24,244 bases of DNA. Origin: a virus (lineage: Duplodnaviria > Caudoviricetes). Position numbers and translations under genes: made by a program. Below are positions 17,025-24,244 of the stretch, piece by piece. The notes below the pieces were generated by a model. It was not told where the DNA came from, searched no databases, and worked only from the letters and a program-made list of their open reading frames with translations. The stretch is taken from positions 1 to 24,244 of IMG/VR virus record IMGVR_UViG_3300042470_000903; one strand, given 5' to 3'. How positions within the stretch are numbered: the first letter of the stretch is position 1; the number at the start of each line of letters is the position of its first letter.

Positions 17025-17258
17025 ATGGGACGCATCACACGCATACACGTCAACCAGCACGTCATCCGCCGCAACGCCAAGACGGGCGCGGCGGAGCCGG
17101 TGCTGACGGTGAAGACGAGCGGCGGCAACACCTACGCACACGCCGTTGCCATCCTTGGTCCGAGCCGCGTGGTCTACTCCGCCTGCAAGCCGCTGTCGTG
17201 CGGCGCGCGGGTGTGGATCGAAACGACGGCGGAGGTGCGGATCGACCCGCCGGGGTGA
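17025..17258 (+). CDS. Conserved phage hypothetical protein (IHVNQH...PLSCGARVWIET)
   Basis: 77 aa; I recall this motif in aquatic phage hypothetical proteins. Confidence 0.8.
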   Translation: MGRITRIHVNQHVIRRNAKTGAAEPVLTVKTSGGNTYAHAVAILGPSRVVYSACKPLSCGARVWIETTAEVRIDPPG

Positions 17259-17336
17259 CCACGCCCCCCCCGTCCGGGGTGGGGTGGTGTCAAAAACCCC
17301 TAGAAAACAGGCCCAAAAAATTTTTCACCAAAGCTA

Positions 17337-17364
17337 TTGACGCGGAATGGACGATAGCTATAAT
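17337..17364 (+). promoter_or_regulatory. Sigma70 promoter P2 with overlapping palindrome
   Basis: TTGACG-N16-TATAAT followed by ACAGGCA as in P1, with A-tracts upstream. Confidence 0.85.
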
Positions 17365-17420
17365 ACAGGCATGACGCGGCGGACACCGCGACACACACAA
17401 GAGAACGGAGCCAAGCGACC

Positions 17421-17696
17421 ATGTTCATCTACCTCGACATCCGCAACGACGAAAACAACACCCCCAGCATCCACGTTTCGTTTGACCACGCCAACGCCAA
17501 GAACGCCATGTTCCCGGCGACCCGCGACGGTGCCTACGCTCTGGGGCGGCACATCGCGGCGACCTGCCCCGGTGCCAATCAGTTCTCCTGCTCGTCATCC
17601 ATCGACTTCGCCGACGAGTACGGCGTGGCGATGACCGGCGACGATATCTGCAACGCCGTGCTGCTGGGCATGGGCTGCACCATCGCCGCGTTCTGA
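17421..17696 (+). CDS. Hypothetical protein
   Basis: 91 aa; first gene after P2, its hairpin and GAGAACGG. Confidence 0.75.
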   Translation: MFIYLDIRNDENNTPSIHVSFDHANAKNAMFPATRDGAYALGRHIAATCPGANQFSCSSSIDFADEYGVAMTGDDICNAVLLGMGCTIAAF

Positions 17697-17760
17697 TTGT
17701 TCGGATACCCACACGCCGCGGCGGACCCCGCGGCCCAACACAAGAGAACGGAGAACGACG

Positions 17761-18102
17761 ATGAGACTTGGAAGCCAGACCGGCAGCGTGATGAACCACC
17801 TGATGACCACGTCGGCGCAGGTCGAGCCGGTGGTCGGGATGGGAGCCACAATCTGCTGTTGGACCGACCGGCACGCGGCGACCATCGTGAAGGTGACGCG
17901 GTGCCAGATTCATGTGCAGAAGGACAACGCCACCCGCACCGACGAGAACGGGATGAGCGAGTGCCAAACCTACTCGTACTCGCCCAACCCCAACGCCCCG
18001 GTCATCATCTTCCGCAAGACGAAGCGTGGCGGATGGCGTTCGGCCTGCGGCAACGGCCTGCTCGTCGGCCACCGCCGCCACTACTACGATTTTTCTTTCT
18101 GA
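17761..18102 (+). CDS. Hypothetical protein
   Basis: 113 aa (PVVGMGATICCWTDRHAATIVKV); preceded by the hairpin and GAGAACGGAG. Confidence 0.8.
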   Translation: MRLGSQTGSVMNHLMTTSAQVEPVVGMGATICCWTDRHAATIVKVTRCQIHVQKDNATRTDENGMSECQTYSYSPNPNAPVIIFRKTKRGGWRSACGNGLLVGHRRHYYDFSF

Positions 18103-18106
18103 CCTA

Positions 18107-18135
18107 TTGACGCGGTTCGGTCGATAGACTACAAT
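18107..18135 (+). promoter_or_regulatory. Sigma70 promoter P3 with overlapping palindrome
   Basis: TTGACG-N17-TACAAT within CTATTGAC-N8-GTCGATAG. Confidence 0.8.
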
Positions 18136-18187
18136 CACACACGTCGCGGCGGACACCGCGACGGACTTCAAACGGGAGAACGGGACG

Positions 18188-18472
18188 ATGATTATCGTGA
18201 ACGACAACACGACGCTTGAGTCGGCACTGCCGCTCATGGGCTACGACATCTCCGAGACAGCGGACAACGAAACGACGTGGGAAAGTCAGAACGTCAGGAT
18301 CAACAAGCTGTTCACACCCGGCAGACCGCACGGACTTTACGCGGTGCGAATTTCCGTGCGTCACCCGTTCGGACACCCACCGCGCGTGCTTGAGTTGAAC
18401 TCACGGCGGTGGAGTCTGACCGCGATCCTGCACGTCATCGACGCGTGCTGGGCCGGGAGGAACGACTTCTAG
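18188..18472 (+). CDS. Hypothetical protein
   Basis: 94 aa, after P3, its hairpin and GGGAGAACGG. Confidence 0.75.
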   Translation: MIIVNDNTTLESALPLMGYDISETADNETTWESQNVRINKLFTPGRPHGLYAVRISVRHPFGHPPRVLELNSRRWSLTAILHVIDACWAGRNDF

Positions 18473-18573
18473 ACAGCCGCCGATTGTTCGGGTTCCCAAG
18501 GTGGGGCCACCCGGCCTGCCGACCAGTTGCGAATCGGGTGGCACTTCAAACATCAACAACAAGGAACGGACCA

Positions 18574-18705
18574 ATGAACAGCACGATTGACATTCCGATG
18601 AGGGAGCGGGCGATTCTTGCGGAGGTGCTGGCGGTGCTTTATTCGGAAAGCATCCGCTTCACCATGACCGTCGAGAGCGGCAACTACGTCATCAAGGTTT
18701 TCTAG
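18574..18705 (+). CDS. Small hypothetical protein
   Basis: 43 aa; AAGGAACGGA before the ATG. Confidence 0.65.
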   Translation: MNSTIDIPMRERAILAEVLAVLYSESIRFTMTVESGNYVIKVF

Positions 18706-18766
18706 GACTGCGGCACGTTGCCGCGTGGACGATTGTTTCGATTCCCTAACGACGAGGACTAAAACG

Positions 18767-19642
18767 ATGAACGCGATTGCAGACAAGGTTCGTGCGGAGT
18801 TCGGTTTCGGCGTCGACAAGTTCCCGCTCACCGGGCCGGACGGCCTGCGGACGCCGCACTACGGGCTGTTCCGCTCCGACAACGGCGAGTGCGTCGGGCG
18901 GTCGAGCGTGTCGCAGCGGTACGTGCCGCACACCAACGATGACGTGGTGGCACTCGTTGAAGCGGCGGGTGCCGTGTTCGGCGGCGTGGCCGACGTGCGG
19001 TGCTACTTCGATCACGGACACTACGTGGCGGTGCAGCCCACAAAGGAGTACCGGGTGTCGGTGTTCGGCACGCGGGACAACGTGTTCCCGCGTCTGATCC
19101 TCAACGCCCCCTACGGCGGCACGGGTTCCTACGACGCGATGCTGGGGTGGTACCGCGACGCGTGCAAGAACATGGCGCGGCTGCGGCAGGTCGAGTCCAC
19201 GTCGGTGTCGATCCGGCACACCGCCAACCTGCGGACGCAGATGGATGAGTTGCTGTCGGCGTTCGGCCAACTGGAAGCGAACTGGTCGAACCTCACGACT
19301 GTCATCCGCGGCATGGAGGAGCGGCGGGTCCGCATGACCGACTTCCTCACGGCGATCTACGGCGAGCCGTCGGAGCGTGAGGGCCGCGGATTGACGATCC
19401 ACAAGAACCGCACGGAGGCAATCTTCCGCCGACTCCAGCGTGAGCGGCTGGCGACGGGCCGCGGCGACATCGGCAACGACTTCGTCGTGAGCGGATGGGA
19501 AGCGTTCAACGCGGTCCAAGGATACGTGCAGCACGACGCGACGCGACGTGGCAACCCGACCGAGATGGCTCGCGTGATTCGTGCGATGCGTGACCAGCAC
19601 GTCGCGCACGCCGAGAGGCTGGTGTACGAGATGGCGGTCTAG
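18767..19642 (+). CDS. DUF932/DUF945-like phage-plasmid protein
   Basis: R.DNG..VG..VS.RY.P..N, YRDACKN, SIRHT and GWEAFNAVQGYVQH patterns; SD GAGG. Confidence 0.75.
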   Translation: MNAIADKVRAEFGFGVDKFPLTGPDGLRTPHYGLFRSDNGECVGRSSVSQRYVPHTNDDVVALVEAAGAVFGGVADVRCYFDHGHYVAVQPTKEYRVSVFGTRDNVFPRLILNAPYGGTGSYDAMLGWYRDACKNMARLRQVESTSVSIRHTANLRTQMDELLSAFGQLEANWSNLTTVIRGMEERRVRMTDFLTAIYGEPSEREGRGLTIHKNRTEAIFRRLQRERLATGRGDIGNDFVVSGWEAFNAVQGYVQHDATRRGNPTEMARVIRAMRDQHVAHAERLVYEMAV

Positions 19643-19674
19643 TCCGCCGCCAGACGCCGCGTAAGCGGCAGTCG

Positions 19675-19724
19675 CCGGGGCGGGCGGTTCCACCGTTCTC
19701 CCGCCCGCCCCGGTTCTTTTTCTT
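19675..19724 (+). terminator. Intrinsic terminator with a 13-nt pyrimidine-rich loop
   Basis: 13-bp stem CCGGGGCGGGCGG/CCGCCCGCCCCGG followed by TTCTTTTTCTT. Confidence 0.85.
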
Positions 19725-19757
19725 CAATCGGACGGACCAAGTCGAAAGGACACGACG

Positions 19758-20051
19758 ATGGAAAAGGGAACGCGGGTCTACAAGGTCTACGTGTGCATCG
19801 GCTCGACCGACCCCAGCTGGTGGGTTGACGAAGGCGTCGTGACGGGGATCGTCGCGGACGGCGTGCCGCTGGTGCAGATGGGGGCGGCTTTCTTCCCCCT
19901 CGACGGGCGGTGGCACGCGACCAAGGCGGCTGCAAAGAACGACGCTCTTGTCGCACTCATCCGCAAGGCGGGTGCGATTCAAGCCAAGATTGACACGCTT
20001 CGCGACGAGATCACGCACGACTCACTCACGACTGAGGAGACGGCAGCGTAG
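19758..20051 (+). CDS. Hypothetical protein
   Basis: 97 aa; SD AAAGGA. Confidence 0.75.
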   Translation: MEKGTRVYKVYVCIGSTDPSWWVDEGVVTGIVADGVPLVQMGAAFFPLDGRWHATKAAAKNDALVALIRKAGAIQAKIDTLRDEITHDSLTTEETAA

Positions 20052-20107
20052 CCGACTCCATGACGGTGGATGGACGGATGGACTTCACAACAGGAAAGGG
20101 ATTCCAG

Positions 20108-20569
<462 letters not shown>

Positions 20570-20630
20570 CGCACGATGGCGGACGTGGAGTCCGTGGCGG
20601 CTGAAACGCGAGCAAGCGAAGGAGCGCAGG

Positions 20631-21986
20631 ATGAACGTGTTGATTGTCTGTCCGATTGCTGTTGGCCCCGCGTGGGTGAAGCAGATTGGCCTTCACGCCA
20701 GCGGCACGGTGAAGCCGTGGAAGTGCCAGACCGACGCGGCATCGTGGGCGGCAGGGAGGCCCGCCGCGATGCTCGCGATGGATATGGGGACGGGCAAGAG
20801 CCTGACGGCGCTGCTCGCCATCGACGCACCACCGCTTGACCCGCTGCTGTTGGTCGATGGATCGACTGCGGCGCGGGCCAAGCGGCTGCGTGCGGCGGCG
20901 GCACGCGGGCCGGTGTGTGCGATCATCAACGTGGATTCGGTGTGGCGAGGTGAGCTTGCCAAGACGGTGGCCGACGTGAAGTGGGACGCGATCATCGTGG
21001 ACGAGTCGCATCGCATCAAGTCGCCGACGGGCAAGGCGAGCAGGTGGCTGGCGAAGCTGGCGGAGAAGCAGCCCGATGCAAAGCGGCTGTGCCTAACCGG
21101 CACGCCGATGCCGCACTCGCCGCTCGACTTCTACGGGCAGTTCCGCTTCCTCGACGCCGAGATATTTGGTCCGTCGTTCGTGCGTTACCGCTCACGCTAC
21201 GCGGACTGCGACGCACGCTTCCCCGGCAAGGTCCGGCGGTGGATTCGGCAGGACGAGCTTGCCGCAAAGACCGACCCGCATATGTGGCGCGTCAACATAG
21301 ATGACGTGCTGGACTTGCCAGAGGCGATTCATGACACCGTCCCGGTGCCGCTGGACGGCAAGACGCAGCGGTACTACCGCGAGCTTGAGCGGAACATGAC
21401 CGCGGAGATTGACGCGGGGACCGTGACCGCGGCAAACGCGTTGACCAAGCTCTTGCGTCTGCAACAGGCGACCGGCGGTTACGCACGGACCGACGAGGCT
21501 GGCACCGTGCTGATCGACGGCACGCCGAGCAAAGCCGCGATTCTTGAGGACCGGCTGTCCGACCTGCCGGACACGGAGCAGGTGGTGGTGTTCTGCAAGT
21601 TCCGCACCGACTTGAACGAGGTCGGGGCGGTGGCGCGGCGGCTGGGCCGCACCTACGCGGAACTGTCTGGCGAGGAGAACCAGCTGGCGGAGTGGCAGGC
21701 TGGCAACGCGACGATCATCGGCGTGCAGATTCAAAGCGGCGGCGCGGGAATCGACCTGTCGAGGAGCGCGTACTGCTTCTACTACTCGTTGGGATTTTCG
21801 CTTGGCGACTACGAACAAAGTCTGGCACGGCTACGGCGACCGGGTCAGACGCGGTGCGTTCGGTACTACCACCTTGTGACGCAGGGTACGGTGGACGAGC
21901 AGGTGTACGCGGCATTGAGGGAGCGTCGATCCGTGGTCGACGCGGTGCTGGCAAAGCTTTCGCCGAGGATTGGAGTGCAGGTATGA
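20631..21986 (+). CDS. SNF2-like SF2 helicase with permuted N-terminal motifs
   Basis: MDMGTGKS (I), IVDESH (II), LTGTP (III), VVVFCKF (IV), GGAGIDL (V), QSLARLRRPGQ (VI). SD AAGGAG before ATG 20631. Confidence 0.92.
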   Translation: MNVLIVCPIAVGPAWVKQIGLHASGTVKPWKCQTDAASWAAGRPAAMLAMDMGTGKSLTALLAIDAPPLDPLLLVDGSTAARAKRLRAAAARGPVCAIINVDSVWRGELAKTVADVKWDAIIVDESHRIKSPTGKASRWLAKLAEKQPDAKRLCLTGTPMPHSPLDFYGQFRFLDAEIFGPSFVRYRSRYADCDARFPGKVRRWIRQDELAAKTDPHMWRVNIDDVLDLPEAIHDTVPVPLDGKTQRYYRELERNMTAEIDAGTVTAANALTKLLRLQQATGGYARTDEAGTVLIDGTPSKAAILEDRLSDLPDTEQVVVFCKFRTDLNEVGAVARRLGRTYAELSGEENQLAEWQAGNATIIGVQIQSGGAGIDLSRSAYCFYYSLGFSLGDYEQSLARLRRPGQTRCVRYYHLVTQGTVDEQVYAALRERRSVVDAVLAKLSPRIGVQV

Positions 21987-22444
21987 CGGTTGACCTGACG
22001 GCATTGGCCGAGGGACTGACACCACCCGACTCTCTCTCCGCGCTGCTGGCTCGACTTGTCGACCGGCAGGCGAAACGAGACGCGGCGGCGGCGGCGGTCA
22101 AGCAGATGGATCGTGAGCTTGAGGAGTTGGAGAACCTTGCCGCGGAGCAACTTGCCGCGAGCGGACTCGACGGGTGCCGCGCCGCTGGCAAGACGTGGTG
22201 GGTCGACCAGACCTTGCGGTTGTCAGTTCCGAAGGACAGCCGCGATGCGGTTCTTGCCGCGGCGGAGGCGGAGGGCTTGGCCGACGAGCTTGTCACGGTG
22301 AACACCGCGACGCTCAAGGCGTGGCTGACCGAGCGTGCGAAGCGTGGCGGCGGCGACCTCGCCAACTGCTCCAAGGGTACGGCGTTTGAAGGGTTGTGCA
22401 GCGAGTACGTTGAGACGCGGCTGCGTAGTCGCGTGATGGGCTGA
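21983..22444 (+). CDS. Phage replication-module protein (gp33-like, coiled-coil N-terminus)
   Basis: ATGA overlap; 153 aa; VNTATLKAWLTE motif. Confidence 0.65.
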   Translation: MTVDLTALAEGLTPPDSLSALLARLVDRQAKRDAAAAAVKQMDRELEELENLAAEQLAASGLDGCRAAGKTWWVDQTLRLSVPKDSRDAVLAAAEAEGLADELVTVNTATLKAWLTERAKRGGGDLANCSKGTAFEGLCSEYVETRLRSRVMG

Positions 22445-22478
22445 TTGTTCGGGTATCATTCCCACAGAAAGGGAGAAC

Positions 22479-23249
22479 ATGAGCAAGGAAATTTCGGTCG
22501 TGGAGCGTGTCGATGCCGGGTACCTCGCACTCGCGGGTGACGGCGACTTTGCGGAGGCCATGCAGGCGAACCTGCTGGCCGGTGAGTCCATCTCCGTCGG
22601 CGACTTGATCCGCGTCAAGACGCCAGCCGGTGGTGGCAAGACGTGGCAGTACGTGAACAGCGACGGCGCGGAGGTCGAGTGCAAGGCGATCACCGGGCTG
22701 ATGGTTCTCGTCGCCCCGCTTGGGCAGTTGTGGGGCAGTGAGGACATGACCAAGGGCGAGCGCCCGGTCCTCACCAGCTACGACCTCCAGACGGCGGTGC
22801 GGACGAACGACTCGCTGGGTGACATCAACGCGGACGATCTTGAGCGGTTCCGCATCGGCGACCGCACCTACGATTGGGAGGCGATGGGCAAGGAGGGTTC
22901 GCCGTTCGGTTGGGGCAGCGGCAAGGGTGGCGTCGGGCGGCGGCTCAAGGAGTCGCGTACCGTCGCGATTCTCCAGCCCGGTGAGGCGTGGCCGGTGCTG
23001 CTCTCCATCGGCGCGGGGTCGCTCGCGACGTTCTGTCCGTTCGTGCGTCGGCTCAAGGTCGCGCACTACCGGTCGGTCGTGAGCCTCACGCTCCAGAAGG
23101 TGGCGAGCAAGAGCGGCATCGACTACTCGCAGATCGTGCCGGAACTTGTCGGCACGGTCAGCCGTGAGGAGGGGCTAGTCATCAAGAAGCTCTACACCGA
23201 TCCGCTCATGCGGATCGCGGCACAGTTCGACGCTGGGCATGACGCCTAA
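22479..23249 (+). CDS. Putative ssDNA-binding/replication protein
   Basis: 256 aa between helicase and primase; RVKTPAGGGKTW and a beta-rich C-terminal half. Function inferred from context. Confidence 0.55.
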   Translation: MSKEISVVERVDAGYLALAGDGDFAEAMQANLLAGESISVGDLIRVKTPAGGGKTWQYVNSDGAEVECKAITGLMVLVAPLGQLWGSEDMTKGERPVLTSYDLQTAVRTNDSLGDINADDLERFRIGDRTYDWEAMGKEGSPFGWGSGKGGVGRRLKESRTVAILQPGEAWPVLLSIGAGSLATFCPFVRRLKVAHYRSVVSLTLQKVASKSGIDYSQIVPELVGTVSREEGLVIKKLYTDPLMRIAAQFDAGHDA

Positions 23250-23269
23250 GCGTTTCGCAGGGACGCGTA

Positions 23270-23302
23270 GCCGGGGCGGCTGGCGGAGTCCGCCGCCCCG
23301 GC
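23270..23302 (+). other. Intergenic hairpin upstream of the primase gene
   Basis: 11-bp stem GCCGGGGCGGC/GCCGCCCCGGC, then ATTTC and an A/C-rich leader. Confidence 0.65.
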
Positions 23303-23331
23303 ATTTCAAAACACACACGGAGGGAACGACC

Positions 23332-24244
23332 ATGACCGGGATCGGTCCGCTTGCAGCCAGCTACGCATCTCGCGGCTGGCACATCGTCAGGCTTTGGGGG
23401 TGCGCCCAGCCGTCCGTCTGCACCTGCTGGAAGGGACGCGACTGCGCGACACCGGGGAAACACCCGATGGGCGACCAGTGGCAGCACCGGGCGACGTGCG
23501 ACGAAACCGAAATCCTGTCGTGGTACGACACCGGCAAGCCGACCAACATCGGCCTGCTGCTTGGCCCGCGCAGCGGCGTCGTGGACGTGGAACTCGACGG
23601 GCCGGAAGCGAAGGAAGCGTGGGACAACCTTGGCCTTGGCGAAATCTGGACGCCGACCTACACCGCGGGGCGCGGGCCGCATCGGCTGTTCAAGTGGGAC
23701 GAGTCGCTGCCAGCCGTCGCCGTGCGGAAGGTGCTTGGCATCGAGGTGCGGATCGGCAACGGCGGCAACGCGGCGCAGTCGGTCATCCCGCCTAGCACGC
23801 ACCACACCGGCAAGGTCTACGAGTGGGTGCCGGGGCTGTCGCCCGATGACGTGGAGCTTCAGCCGTTGCCAGAGCGGCTGGTGAACCTGCTGTGGAACGA
23901 CGATGGCACAAGCCATCGCGTCGGCACGGGCCGCGCGCCCGCGAGGCTGGTGTTGGAAAAGCCGGTGCCATCCGGCTCACGCAATGAGGAGGTGCGGCGG
24001 TTCGCGATCCGCGAGGCGTTCCGCGCCGGTCCGAATCTGGATGACGAGATTGAGCAGCAGGACTTGCTCATGAAGGTTCGCATGGTCAACGTCGTGCAGT
24101 GCAAGCCGCCGATGGATGATGACGAGGTGGTGGCGATCTTCCGGTCGGCCATCGGCTTCGTCCGCAAGACGCGCGCCGCCGGTGTGGATACGGTGGTGGC
24201 GATTGCACAGTCCGAGTCGCAGCCGCAGGCCGCGGCGGACGGGA
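23332..24244 (+). CDS. Bifunctional DNA primase/polymerase (Prim-Pol) with PriCT-1-like domain, 3' truncated
   Basis: Missing from the ORF track because it runs off the window. Translated by hand: YASRGWHIV, CTC...C..PGKHP, NIGLLLGPRSGVVDVELDG, GRGPHRLF, VIPPSTH..GKVYEW, GSRN, CKPPMDDDEV..IFRSA. Confidence 0.92.
   Translation, partial: MTGIGPLAASYASRGWHIVRLWGCAQPSVCTCWKGRDCATPGKHPMGDQWQHRATCDETEILSWYDTGKPTNIGLLLGPRSGVVDVELDGPEAKEAWDNLGLGEIWTPTYTAGRGPHRLFKWDESLPAVAVRKVLGIEVRIGNGGNAAQSVIPPSTHHTGKVYEWVPGLSPDDVELQPLPERLVNLLWNDDGTSHRVGTGRAPARLVLEKPVPSGSRNEEVRRFAIREAFRAGPNLDDEIEQQDLLMKVRMVNVVQCKPPMDDDEVVAIFRSAIGFVRKTRAAGVDTVVAIAQSESQPQAAADG

Noticed and set aside
14249-18183. CRISPR array
   Set aside because: The repeats are separated by whole genes of variable length, and no cas genes are present.
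12300-19642. Integron-like system (divergent tyrosine recombinase plus array of short genes with repeats)
   Set aside because: I see no IntI-specific insertion in the recombinase, and the repeats are promoter/leader elements without attC R-box (GTTRRRY) structure.
18746-19693. 315-aa minus-strand ORF with GGGAGAACG before its GTG
   Set aside because: It is fully antisense to the DUF932-like gene with shadow-like composition, and the motif lies in a terminator loop.
24231-24244. CGCGGCGGAC as a fifth leader hairpin
   Set aside because: It is inside the primase CDS, and the following bases do not supply the CCGCG arm.

Overview
This is a GC-rich segment of a temperate tailed phage or prophage (siphovirus-like), almost entirely coding on the + strand. 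Tail module: three tandem tail-tube-like paralogs, a tail assembly chaperone with a -1 frameshift, a 1182-aa tape measure protein, putative tail-tip genes and a 1005-aa Cys-rich protein. Next come a metallophosphoesterase/DUF1599-like block, a leftward tyrosine integrase and two small HTH genes. An accessory region follows, with an amidoligase plus class II glutamine amidotransferase, many small ORFs and a DUF932-like gene. The window ends in a replication module: SNF2-like helicase, gp33-like protein, SSB-like protein and a truncated Prim-Pol. The most unusual signal is a layered set of repeated non-coding elements in the accessory region: three sigma70 promoters inside a shared 24-bp palindrome, four copies of a covarying 5' hairpin, a shared GAGAACGG pre-start motif whose exact complement sits in a downstream terminator loop, and an oriented GATTGTTCGG box at gene junctions. 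The second is an SNF2 helicase whose motif Ia precedes the Q motif and Walker A. All family calls come from motif recognition by eye; no searches were run.
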